Below the pieces are notes generated by a model. It was not told the origin of the DNA and ran no database searches. It saw only the letters and a program-made list of their open reading frames with translations. Of a DNA stretch of 64,000 nt, positions 38,211 to 51,617 are shown piece by piece. The stretch comes from Utricularia gibba (taxonomy: Eukaryota; Plantae; Magnoliophyta). The stretch's first letter is position 1; each line of letters opens with the position of its first letter. Both the position numbers and the translations under genes were made by a program. The stretch spans positions 124,001 to 188,000 of the forward strand of contig NEEC01000019.1 of assembly GCA_002189035.1 (NCBI GenBank). The letters run 5' to 3'.

Positions 38211-41200
38211 ACCTACTCCATGCGAAGTGGAAACACGAGCATCACCCGAATTTTGTTGAATGTGTGGAAGGACACAACATGCTGATCTGGTAAGTACAAA
38301 TTATGTAGAGTATACTGATTAAACTTTGTTGTAAGTTCATATTACAAGTTAGGTTTTGGAATTTCCCCAAGCGAGTTCTCCAATAATCTCCGAACCGACC
38401 TGATTGGTGTGTGTTCATCCTTTCTGTTGCTCTTGCTCACCCCTCTCGACCAGTGGGCTCAGATGGGGTGGATACCGAGTGTTGGCTGCTCGGTAGGATC
38501 AATGTTACTAGTACAATTCAGTAAACTTTTTAAACCCCCAAGCCTTTTTAAAGAGATTTATGAACAGTTATTTTACCAAATCCCACTCACAACATTCTCT
38601 TATTAGGTTAACAATTTTAGAAGCTGTTTTGACTTGGGACATGTCTTAGAGAAGCACTTGATAATTTGTTTTTCATAAACTGATTTGCATATGTTAAAAA
38701 AGTAAACACATGTATGAAATTTTCAATAAATGCATATGTAAGAGATTTAAATTATTCAATTTTAAATGAAGCTATTCTTACCAAACAATCATATTAAATG
38801 AAAGTATTGTAGATCATGTATCAACATCTAAATCCCTTAATATTTGGAGTGTATTTTCTACAAGTATCCTCACACTTTGGGCTGCATGATTGGATGGATG
38901 CATTACTGTGGTTGATGAAATTATAGCGTCTTCGCAGTTGGGCACATAAAAATTAATTAGTTCGCGATTCATTATGTTTCCTCTACTTTTCATGCATACT
39001 ATAAATGATTTCTTACTATTTATGAAAAAAATTACATAATCAAATGAGTAAGCTAAGATTTTTTTTCAATTATAAGATTGTGATTTTCATTTCTTACAAA
39101 TGAAATTCTAAGATATTATAAAAATAAAATTGACATGATGATTGATGACGAGAAGTTCATCAAATTACCAATGATGGTTAAGTTAATTATTCATTTAGAT
39201 GCACATATATTTTTTATTCATTTATTTTGTATTCACTGAAATAACTATAATTGAACGACTACATGAAAATGTTTCCATACACACAATTTCAAAATATACC
39301 AAAATTTTAAAAAATCCTGCTATACTCCAAATTTGTGTTCAGTAGCAATGTGTTGTTGTTTTGTAGAAGATTTGTCATTAACATACCTTTGATCCTATTA
39401 GTAGAATTGTCGTATTTTTTTATTGAGAATATTATTTTATACAATATCGTCTAACATATTTACAATCGAAAAAGAGATGTACTGACGTTTCTAAGGTAAC
39501 TTCATTGTAGACACTACGACCATAAGAAAACAAAATATTGTTTCTATACCTGAGCTTATCACACATTAACAGTCTATTTCTTCTTAATAAATCTCAAAGA
39601 TTTTCACTTTCATTGATAATATCTTACTCTCCATGGAAGGCTAATCGATTCTTCTCAATTTTCTTTGTTGATTAATATATTTAGTAATATATTTCATTAT
39701 TAACTAAATCCGCTTGTTTTCAAAGTTAATCTCAGCACAAAATTAATGTCATCCATCTTTTTTTAACACAAAAAATTGCATCCTCTGGTGAAGGGGGAGG
39801 TGAAAAGGTAAAATCCGTGAGTGGTGCTGTCAGGCAGTAAAAGTCGAATGTGAAGAAAAGAGCAACTGAAAGGAATCCCATTCATCGTCATGTCCCATTT
39901 TCCATTTGCTGTAAAAAAAAAAAAACTGTGATGAAAACGTACTACTTCTGGTCAGGCATGCGGTGAATTTGCCAGATTTTTTTACTGCGCCAACTCCAGC
40001 CTTTCCCTCAACTCAAAATTGTAAAAAAAAGTTGTTTTCTTAGTAAACAAGGGAAAAATCAAATGAAAAACAAGTGCGTAAAAGGTTATGGAAGTTGTTT
40101 GCCACAGTGGGCAATGGTTATTCCCCTGTTCCCAAAGTTAGATCCAATGAAGCTGGACTGGAGCTGATGCTGCTGCCACCTTTTTGACTGCAACTTCCCC
40201 TCTCCCTGTTGCCAATAAATAAATAAACCAAATTATAGAAGAAGGCCAAAACCCAAGTTCTCATTTGAATGAACGTTGAGAAAAAGGGATTCCTGACAAG
40301 TGCAATGACTTCTTAACGTGACTTTTGCATTGGAGTTGTGAGAGTCTTGTGGCAAAAATCAAGGCCCAGAAATGTTTACCAGTAGAACACCAAACAGAGC
40401 TCCCAAGTAGTGAGCAGCATGCCAACAAGCGAGCTGTTTCCGTATGAGGAGACACACACAGCTCCCCAAACGCACACAAAAACTCTATTCGATCATTCAC
40501 GCTTCGACAAATTCTGCAGGTTGTTTCCGTCCACTCTTGTCTGTATGTGCACAGGAGAGCCCATACGCCATGCGTTGCATTGCATGAAGAGAAAAAGCAA
40601 AAGGCCAACGGAGGAGGCAAACAAACAAACACATGGAAGGCACCGATCGACGTGACAGGGATGGATTCACGCTTCTTCTTCTTCTTTTCAACTTTTCTAC
40701 TCCTACAAAAGAAAAACAGCGTCTTTTCTTCCTATTATCAATCCACTCAAAACTAAAACCAAAAAAAAAAAAAAAAAAAAGAAGAAAACTGGGTTCACCG
40801 CCTGCACCCCATGATTCATTTGAAGGAACCCTAGTAGAAAACCTCGTCACATGTAATAGCAGTTTACCTACTTGGAGAACACCCATGTAATCCGGTGACT
40901 GGGTGAGATTGTGGCCGCTTTCATATCACCAAGATCGGGAAGGCATGTGATCCGGACCCGTCTGGGCAGTGGGCACTGTTGCTTTCGCCCTCTTCTTTCA
41001 TGCCTATACTGATACAGTACTCTACATACCTTCCAACTGCCAACACTCCACTCATGTCCATTGCTTTCCAGCCTGAAATTCATCCATACAGATACCCGGG
41101 TTCATTAAAAGTGCAGTCTTGACAAAATGAGTTTGGAATCATTTCTAAAATCATTTTGGTTACTAAATGATCTCTTCCAAAAAAATTAAAATCTATAATT

Positions 41201-43289
41201 ATTTCTCAATTTTAAAGATCAATTTATATTTTTTTCAAAAAAAAAACTTCTCAAAAAATACAATATAATTGATATTAATATGATAAGATATATTATAATT
41301 AAATAAAATATAATTTATATTAGATTTTAAATAATTTTAATTTCAAATACAGAAAAAGATATTGTTTTATTTATTTATTTTATTTGGAACTTTCATACCA
41401 CCTTCATATTTAACGATCAAAAGTGAATTGATATTTTATATCTCTATCTACTGAAAATCCAAACTCCCCCTGGAGACTTTCCTATGGAAAAACCATTAAA
41501 GCTTCACATGTTCACAATCTAAACAGGATTGAGTTTTAGGGATTTTCAGTCATAGGATTTAAAAAAAATCAATGTCTAAAATATAGAAATTTTGATATTT
41601 TAGAATCAATGCCAAACATAAAGGGCATGTCCTGTTTTAATAATGTTTTGAATTCATTCTGTGTAATTTAAAAATTCTAAACCTTTTTTATGTGATTAAA
41701 TTCAGAAATTATTAAATTTGTTTAACTTCTATTTTATTGATTAAATAAGAAATTAATTAGAAAAATTATAAGATTAATTTTTTATTTACTCTAAAAATGT
41801 ATTTATATCATAATTTTAAATTATATAGTAATTTAATATATTAAACTTTACAATATATATTTTATTTTATTAAATTATATACTATATTTTAATAGTATCA
41901 CACAAAATAATTTTACAATTTTAAACAGATTCTATTCTAAAGAAAACATTAAAATTACAGAACATATCCAAAATGAAGCTAAAACAAACCCTTTTAGAAA
42001 TTTCTAGGATTTTTTTCACTTTTTTTTTGCTTCTAGAAGAAATACGTCTTTTTTTTATTGGTATGATTATTATGGACAAAAAAAAGATATCGCAGATCCC
42101 GAAGCACGCCATAAATTGGAGGATTACGTTCACATTTGATAACGTTTAGTAGTATTCTTCCTCAAAAAGCAAAAAGAAAGACGCAGTGGGAGCTGGAAAA
42201 ATATAATTATTTTATTAATAAGAAAACGAAAATGTTACAAAAGCTGGGAAATGAGAGACAGGGGGGTGCCTTTTCAGACTGCTTTTGGAATATGTGCAAT
42301 ATTTTATTAATAAACTCAATTATTTCAACCTCCATTGGAATGTCGACAGTAAAAAAAAATGTATTTTTTTTAATAAAGAAAACACGATTCATCTTTTTTT
42401 TTTTTTTTTTTAGAAAAATGTTGTACAAATTTCGAGATAGAAACTGGGGTGAAGTTGGTGTGAAAAGCAGGAAGACACTGATTTACATGCAAAAGGTTAA
42501 AAAGAAAAGAGAGTGAGGGACAAAAAAGATGAATTAATTAATCAATAATTACAACTTTTTGTCTCTGATTTTAATATTTCTTTCTTTTTATCTGCTCATT
42601 GTAACCTTTTGGTCTACATTATGAGGGAGGGCTGATTGCTTTTTCGAATATCCTTCATGCCTCATGCACCACCCACCCTGTTTCTCTGTGTCTGGTCTGG
42701 ACTCCCCTTTCTTTCCAATCAACAATGTGCTCTCCAAATGCCTGTGAAAGCTTAATGTAACTTTGAACATGGTTTTAGAAATGGATCTAACACATTGTTC
42801 AGTGGAGTGATGAGTTTTGGATGGGACTGGATTCATTCGATAATTTCCTTCATATTATTGTAAGACTGTGTGATCATTTTGAAGGTTTGTCTCCTTATCC
42901 GCAATGTTGGACTTCCAGATGCATATTGTGTATGTTAGCTGCATTGTTTAAGGCTTCAACATCAAAGCTTACGATCGGTTTAAGGCGTGTTCAAGTTAGA
43001 AAAAAGAAAGAGAAAAAAAAATCGAGCTTTGGATGGTTGAGGTGAAAAGTGAGAAATAGTTGCAGGTTCAAGTTAAAGCTCCACTAGCCATCACCCAAAA
43101 GCGTTCACTGGTTATTTCCTTTTAAGGAGTTTCAAGGGGGGAACAAAGCGCTGCAACCATTATCCTTCATTCAGAAAGCGCTGCAGCAACCTTGGTTGTT
43201 ACGGAAGGGAGGGAGGAATTTCTGGGGCTTGGTGAAGGAGAAAAGGGCTTGATTTTTCCGGTGGTTGCGGCTGTGTAACGTAAGATCAA

Positions 43290-43320
43290 GGAGGAGGTTT
43301 GGGGGGAGGGGGTGGGGGGG
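43290..43320 (+). promoter_or_regulatory. Putative RNA G-quadruplex in the SMXL4/5 5' UTR
   Basis: GGAGGAGGTTTGGGGGGAGGGGGTGGGGGGG ends 15 nt before the ATG at 43336. More G-runs lie at ~43203-43240. Confidence 0.75.
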
Positions 43321-43335
43321 ATTTGGTTACAAGTT

Positions 43336-46300
43336 ATGCGTGCAGGAGCTTGTGCAGCGCAGCAGACGCTCTCGCCGGAGGCGGGTTCGGTTTTGAAACA
43401 CTCTTTGGCCCTCGCGCGGCGGCGCGGCCACGCGCAGGTGACGCCGCTGCATGTCGCCGCCACCTTATTGGGTTCAAAGACGGGTCTTTTGCAAAGGGCT
43501 TGTCTGAAATCTCAGCCTCATCAATCTTCGCATCCTCTTCAATGCAGGGCTCTTGATCTCTGTTTCAATGTTGCTCTCACCCGACTTCCGGCGATGGCGT
43601 CTCCCCTGCTACACGCTCAGCCCTCGTTGTCTAATGCCCTTGTCGCTGCCCTCAAAAGGGCACAGGCCCACCAGAGAAGAGGCTGCATAGAGCAGCAGCA
43701 CAACCAACAACAACAGCCTATAATCGCTATTAAAATTGAACTGGAGCAGCTGATTTTGTCTATTTTGGATGATCCAAGCGTTAGCAGGGTTATGAGGGAA
43801 GCTGGCTTTTCCAGCACACTTGTGAAGAACAGCTTAGAAGACACTAACTCACTTTCTTCTGTTTTCCAGTTTTACAATACTGTTGGTGGGATTTACTCCA
43901 CGCCAAGTTCTCCTCCGAATGAAACTCACAAGGAAATCATGAAGACTGGAAATTTCTGGCATTCCCAGTTACTCTCTGACCAAAACCGGTTCATTTTCTC
44001 AACTTTGAACAAGTTTGTTGCCAGCCCCATTTCTGGTTCCTACTTATTTAAGGAAGAAATAGAGGTGGTTTTAAATGCTCTGCTGAGGAAAAGGGGCAGA
44101 AAAGTGGTCATCGTTGGTGATTCCCTATCCATGGTTGATGGGCTCATTGCAGAATTCATGTGTAAAATGGAGAACGGAGATGTTCCCGAGGAATTGAAAT
44201 CTGCCCATCTGATCAAGTTTCATTTTTCATCACTGCCTCTCAGGCTCATGAAAAGGGAAGATGTAGAATCGAGTATTGCTGATCTTAAAATGAAAGTTGA
44301 TTCTTTTGCGTCCGACGGCGGTGTTCTTATCTACACGGGCGACTTAAAATGGACACTTGAGAGCTGTGAAGATGAACAGAGAGATGATTTTACTGTCAAA
44401 GAAGCCATTTTTTACAGCCCCGTTGATCATTTGGTTTCTGAGATTGCCAAGTTGATTTCTTCCTACAATTTTCATAGTCAAAGGATCTGGTTAATGGCTA
44501 CTGCCAGTTATCAAACTTATTTGAAATGCCAGATGAGGAAACCTCCTCTTGATCTTCAATGGAGTCTTCAACCAGTTTCTGTTCCTTCTAGTGGATTATC
44601 CCTCCACGCATCAAGGTACGTAACTTTTTTGTGGGTTCCGTGATTAGATTTAAGTGGGTTGCGGCCGATCAACTTCTTTATGAAAATGATGGTTTGAACA
44701 CGGGCTTTTGTCCTATCTTGACTCATTTGAGAAGCTTTTCCCATTTGTAATTTTTCATGCTTCATTTGCATTACTCTTCTTCAGAGGACAGGATTCAAGA
44801 GCAGTCAGCTTCCCCCAGAATCAATCTGAAGATTTGGAATGGAAATCCTTGTGTCTCAATGAGGAAGCTGACAGTCTAACTTGTTCCCAAGAGTGCAAGT
44901 TTAAATATGAAAAGGACGCCAGGCTTAGATCCTTTCCGTTGAATTCATCGAACACGATTACAGAAAACGGTTCGTCTCCGATGCCATTCTGGTTGAAGTC
45001 ACAGACATCCGAGAAGGTTATTACATATGCCCTCGATCCAAATGTACAAATTTCACAAAAATCTAGTGGGGAACAAGTTATTGTATCTGTTCTTACATGT
45101 ATTTTCAGGACTTGAGGAGAAGGGACAACAAATTGTGCAGCATTCTCCACCAAGGAAACACTATCTTTAGCTCTGATATGAATGGAGAACCATATCCGCG
45201 GGGGAATCGTGGTCATTATACTAGAATATTTTCAAGTTGTTCAAACAAGAAAACCATCTTTGCTGATTCTGAGACAAACCCGTGTGGTGTTTCATTGCTC
45301 AAGCCGTCTGAACTGGGGAGCGCTCTGCCTAGGTTCGAAAGACAGCAGCAGCGGTCTTGCCATGTAGAGTTCAGTTTCAGTTCTAAAAACCAATCTGTTG
45401 AACCCAACTTGGATTCTCTTATAGTGGCTGACGATAAGGAAGTAAAGATTTCTCTAGCTCTCGGAAACTCAGCGTATACGGATGATGTGATTCGTGACAA
45501 GGTTGAATTGGGTGCTGATCTGAGGCTGATCTTTCAAGAAAATGTCCCATGGCATTCTGAAAGCATTCCTTCGATTCTAGAGGTGTTGGCTGATCTTAAA
45601 ACAGGTGTTGAAAATCAGTTCATCTTGATTCAAGGGAATGATTCCATAGGAAAAAGAAGATTCGCCACTGGAATTGCGGAATCTTTCTTTGGATCGTCCG
45701 AGTGTCTCTTGCGGATGGTAATGCGGCATGGTGCAAATGCAGCAACTCTAGAAAAGGGTGTGCTGGAGAGAGCACTGAGGAGGCATCATGCAGGGATTGT
45801 TCTCATTGAAGATGTCGATTCTGCTGATCCAGAGTTCGATAAGTTTCTTGTCGATATCTTGGAGACAGGAATACTTAGAGAGCACACGAAAAACCAGAGA
45901 AGAGTCTTCATCTTAACTGTGGATGGAGAGGAACGCTGCAGTGAAGAAATGAACTCTGCCATTCAAATGAGACTAGTTCTGAAGGAAGTTCCATTGGATA
46001 ACGGTATCAGTGATCAGGTCCGTAAACGAAAAGGGGAATGGGGAACACACAATATGAGCAAGTCTCAAAGAAAATTGGAGCTCGAAATGATCTCACAGAA
46101 CAAGGGAGAAGGTACTGCAACCAAGAGAATGAGCACCAACACCCTTGACCTCAACATCAGCGCTGAGGACGACTCAGCTCCCATTCCCAAACATGGATCA
46201 CTCAAAATCATCCAAAAGATCAAGAACCACATCATGCTCGAGATGAACCGTGATAAAGAAAGCTGCGCTACCGAAATGTTTGCATCAAAAATCAGGAGGT

Positions 46301-46584
46301 CTTTTGATCAGGAGGTTAGAGGGGATAGAACCATAGCTAGTTTCAACATCGATGAGACAGTTTTAGATGAGATCTTCAAGGGGTGTGGTTTTTATCTCAA
46401 CAGTTTGTTTGATCAATGGCTGGAAGAAGTTTTCAGGCCGAGTTTTCGGACGATAGATACAGAGGGGAAAAGGTTTAGCATTAGGCTCTGTTTAGCGGGT
46501 AAAGGAGGAGGGGGGTTATGCTCAGATAATGGCTTCATGGGGACGAGTCTTCCTACGAGGATCCAAGTTTCTTGGATTGGCTAA
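43336..46584 (+). CDS. SMXL4/5: SMAX1-LIKE 4/5-class protein (ClpB-like), 3 exons, ~995 aa
   Basis: Exons 43336-44615, 44785-45016, 45109-46584. Motifs QQTLSPEAGSVLKHSLALARRRGHAQVTPLHVAATLL, LQCRAL.LCFNVAL.RLP, LSNALVAALKRAQAHQRRGCIEQQ, LEQLILSILDDPSVSRVMREAGFSS, EAR-like LDLN. No RGKT motif (GNDSIGKRR instead), as expected for the SMXL3/4/5 clade. Confidence 0.93.
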
Positions 46585-49500
46585 GAAATCTGCTGTACCA
46601 TACTGCTGGTTCTGGTTCTGGTTCTGGTTCTCCATTCCACTTCTATGTATTGTATGAACTGGCTCTGCAAACTTATAACATACACTGCCACCTACCAAAT
46701 GTAACCAATTCATGAAACAGGCCTCACACCACAAGCACAGGGATTGCCAAACCTCTGCAAGTGGCAAGAGTGTTGACGAGGTGGATATCATATGGATTCG
46801 ATACGATAATTTCATGACATCTTTGCAGAAGCTATACTAAATCTACTAAAAATTTCGCAAGTTTCATGCTTTTTGATTCAAAAGACGTTCCATCAATTCA
46901 TTCAGCTGAAATTTGGTTGGACTTCCGGTAAAACACTTTATTCTTTCACTAGGAAACATTCTTCTTTTGAAATCAGTAGAACAATTTCTGATGCAGTGAG
47001 GTACAGAAAATGAGCCAAGTAATCGTGTCAGAAAATTTTCTTCGCAGAATAGTATAGTTTTGCATGAAAATTTACAAAATGACTGTAATACATACAGGAC
47101 TGTGTATGTAACAGTATTGCACTCAAGGATATTCTTACCAAGTGTGATTTATTTATTTTTTATATTATATGAAATATTCAAAACAAACATAAAAATAATT
47201 TAATATTATTTCGATATGTTTTTTTATAGTATTTTTAAAACTTTAAAAAATTACAAATAAATTTTAATCTTTTCATATACTCGATTAAAATGAGTGAATG
47301 AGATCGAATAAAAAAATATTTATTTACCATATTGCAATCAAGGCAAAAATATAAATTTCTTGACACTCTATTACTATTTTAGAAAAAATACATTTAACAT
47401 CATAAAATTGACTAATTCTCTAATAAAAATACAGTATAAAAAATTATATATTTTTAAAAAGGGCTAATTTCATAAAAGCTATTAAATATAACACACGTTT
47501 TTAGTTTTGCAATCCAATTTTTTTTGTTTCACTAAAGCCATTAAATATTTAAAACCATTTCATTATTAATTATAGTAAAAAAAACCGATTTATTCAATTT
47601 GTCAAAACCGAGGGTTAGATCGGTTTAATCAATATAGAACTCAATTTATTATTTAAAAATAAACAATATTTTCCATTTTTTTTTCCACTCATTTCATTGC
47701 TTTTGCACAAGATTTTTTTCATTTAACTATGAAGAAGCGTGGCACTAAGAATGCCGAGGATTCAAAATGCAAGAGACAAGGGTCTTTAATGAAGGAAACG
47801 AGTATGTTATTAGCTAATGAAAGCGAAACTTTTATGTTCAAACTTCATGTTGATGGTAAAGTAGATCTTCAATCGAATTTTTACGTTAATGGAATTCAGC
47901 ATTTGGTGGGATTGTCTGATGTTTCTGAGTTTACATATAATATGCTTGCTAGGTTGGTTTCAGATTTGGGGATTTCTAGAAAAATTAGAGTTTTCATGAA
48001 ATGGGTAGACGTGAATGAAATTTTGTATAATTTGTTGGTTGATGATGATTACAAATATGTACAACAACGCCTACTTGAATTGGAACCAATTGAAATTTTT
48101 ATTGATATAGTAGATGAATGTGAAGCCGTTGATGAGGTTGGTAAATCTATGAATGGGAGATTATTAAATGATTTCTCAAATGATATCTCCAACTTGAGAG
48201 AAAATGCAGAAGTTGATGTTGTTTTTCACCAAATGTGGATAGATTTAGATGCAAATATTATTGCAAATGAAAATATATATGATGAGGTAAATGCTAATGT
48301 TAACTCAGAGTATAGTGATATAGAATTTTAGACTGATGAGATATATCAGTTTCAGAAGAATGAAGAGCTGATTTCTAACTACGGTAATCACAATATTGAG
48401 TTTGATGGACATGATGGGACCATTGCTGCAAAACTTGCACATGATAACTTGAACATGGAGGCAGATATGAATGCAGCTGAATCTGGAGATGATTTTGTGA
48501 GTATTAATGGATCAAGTGATGATGAAATTAGTAAGAATACACTTTATAATCCCAAGAGTGATGCTGATGATCCAAACTTAGTAAAGGGATTGGTATTTAA
48601 CAGTCTGAAGAAGCAAAATATGCAATTCAGATACATGGAATTCTACGTGGAAAAGACTTAATATTTAGAACTGATAAATCAAGAGTTATAGCTAAATGTA
48701 GAACATTAGGATGTGGATGGTACATTCATGTGTCCAAGACAAAGAATGATAAAGGTTGGATAGTTAAAAGTCATAATTCTGATCATCATGGATGTTCAAG
48801 AACTATAGAAAATTTGGGATTAAGAAATACTTATCTTGTGAAAAAATTCATTCATAAAATTATAGAAAATCAAAAAATTGGATTAAAAGAATTTAGGGCA
48901 CACATGGTCAAGATACTTCGAACAGATATTTTCAAGTCGAAGGCTTTTAGGACACGTAAGAAGGCAATGGAAATGTTGCATAAATTTGAAGCAGAGTAGT
49001 GGAACTTAATTCGAAGTTACTGTGCAGAGTTACGAAGAACAAATCCAGGTTCAACCATACATCTAAAAGTCTCTGATGATAAAAAACTAGAGGATCAAAA
49101 ATTCGTTATTTTGGCAGATTTGAGAGATAATTTCAAGGCAGGGTGTAGAAGAGTAGTTGAGTCGATGAGTGTTTTTTAAAAGGAGGTTTTAATGGTCAAT
49201 TACTCAGCTTTAGAGATAGATGCTAATTATGAAATATTTCCCATCGCATATTCAGTTGTTGAAATTGAAAATGTATACACATGGAAAGAATTTTTAAGAC
49301 TTTTGAAGGAGGATTTGGAAATTGTTGATGAGAAGGAATGAACATTTATTTTTGATAAGCAGAAGGGTTTGTTAGAAGCATTTGATGATCTACTGCTTGA
49401 TGTGTAAAATAGATTTTGTGTGTGTCATTTGCATAGTAACATGAAATTAGCTGGACATGGTGGTATCAAATTGAAAAATTTGTTATGGGCAACAGCTAAA

Positions 49501-50223
49501 GCCACGAAAAGAGAGGTTTTTCAAGCTCACATGGAAGAAATTAAAGCTACGGATTTAGAGGAATATAAGTGGTTGTTAAAGAGACCTACGCAACAATGGA
49601 GTAGAGCATTTTTCGTAACAAGCAATAAATATGATGCTCTACTTAATAATGCTTGTGAATGTTTCAACAGTGCAATACTTGAGATTAGAGAAAAACCCAT
49701 TATTGGTTTATTAGAAGGAATTAGAAATAATTTATTGGTAAGAGTTACTGCAAATTTGGATATTTCTAAAAAATGGACGGATGTAATTTGTCCAAGGATA
49801 AGGAAAAAGTTTGATAACATTATGGAGGAAGTAGGAGACATGATTGCCATAAAATCAGATAGAAATAATTACCAAGTAATGGGACCATATGAGCAACACA
49901 TGGTTGATATGGAACCCAAAATTTGTAGTTGTAGAAAATGGGAACTTAGGGCTCGTTTGGTATATAGGTATTTATTGGATATAGATTGGGTTAAAAAATA
50001 AACCTTCGTTTGGTTAACTAATTTTCACCTGTTTTTAAAATCTGAGTTTTGTTATTAAACTTGGGTTTTGGGTATTTTTGTAAACCCACCAAGAAGATGG
50101 GTTTTGTAAAAGTAAATAATAATAGTCTATTTTACCCTTCTACTTAATCAAAATTTTTACATGCGGATAAAATACTTCTCCTCTTTCATCTTCTTCAAAC
50201 AATTTGCTTGTGTTTTTAATAGG

Positions 50224-51151
50224 ATGGAGGCAGAGGGAGGTAGTAAAGGGAGGCGTAGGTGTTGGTCCATTCACGATGAGAAGATGCTAATCATCGCTTT
50301 GAAAGAAATCTCTTCTACCGGTTGGAAGTTGGAGAATGGCTTCAAGACAGGGTATTTGACTGAGTTAGAAAAAATTCTGAAACGACAGATTCCAAGTACA
50401 GATTTGAGGTCAAAGCCACATATAGAATCGAAAGTTCATGCTTGGAGAGCTATGTATGCAACACTGTCTACAATTCTATCAAGATCCGGTACTGGTTGGA
50501 ATGACTCTAGTCATCAAGTAGATGCTTCTGTTGAAATGTGGGATGAGTTAGAAAGGGTAATAATTCTGTCAATGTGTTTTTTGTACTTGTTTTTTTTTTT
50601 ATCTCAACATAGATTTTTTTGCATTGTAGACTATTGCAAATGCGAGCAAAGTGAGGGGTAAATCTTTTCCATTTTACTCAGATTGGTCAGATATTTTCGG
50701 AAAAGATCGAGCCACTGGAGAAAAGGGGATGGACTACCACACTGCTGCGGAAGTCATGGCAGCTTCATCAAACACATCTGATTTCAATGTGTTTATCGGT
50801 GAAGATCCAATATTACCGGATGAACCAATTTCTGGGTCAATTCGTAATGGAGATGGCTCTTCTACAGCATCAGAAGATCCAACACCACCATCTCGTAAAA
50901 GAAAATGTCGTTTAATTAGTCCAATGGAGAAGCTCATTGAAGTTATTAATGAAGGCTCCAAAGATCAAAAGGCACAATTTACCGAGGTATGTGCACGATT
51001 TGGAAAACGAATTGAATTTGAGAAAGATGAAAAGGAGGATGCAGTTCTTGGATTGATACTAGCAATGCCACTTCAAATGTCGTTGATGGAGCGTCATGAA
51101 GTAACAAAAGTAATTATGGAGGATCATAGGTCGTTGAAACCACGCCCGTAG
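50224..51151 (+). CDS. Harbinger Myb/SANT-like DNA-binding protein (2 exons; C-terminus probably clipped)
   Basis: Exons 50224-50556 and 50630-51151. RRCWSIHDEKMLI..L, GWKLENGFKTGYL..LE, PHIESKV..W, SGTGWND, KSFPFYSDWSDIFGKDRATG. Confidence 0.85.
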
Positions 51152-51617
51152 ACACATGCAGCAGTACCACAATGCCACACGGGCGTGGTTTATGCATAAA
51201 CCATGCCCATGTGGCATTCGATGAACTCATGAAGTACTTGGTTAACGACATCAATCACTTTGTTGTAAAAAGGCATTAATGAGGCTACTTTTGATCGACG
51301 CACGAAATAGAAAAACTAAAAATGTGAAAACCATTTAAATCATGAAGTATGGCACTAAAAGCTAACTTCCTCCTAGTGAATGCATTTGTTTTATCCGATA
51401 ACCAGAAAATAGGATTAGGAAGGGTTGAACATTAAAATAAAAAAATAAAAGCCTGAGTTAATAAACAGTTATACATCATCATCATCCTGAAATACATAAT
51501 GATCATAAATGAAGTCTGTTGCAAGCAAACTAGGAAGGAGCATTGATGTTACACTAGACATGAACGATAGGCTATTACACTAGACATGGAGATAAACCTA
51601 GAAATTAAGACATTACT

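Noticed and set aside
39780-41110. miRNA precursor in the non-coding island
   Set aside because: I saw no match to the conserved miRNA sequences I recall and no long fold-back by eye. A folding run would be needed to exclude it fully.
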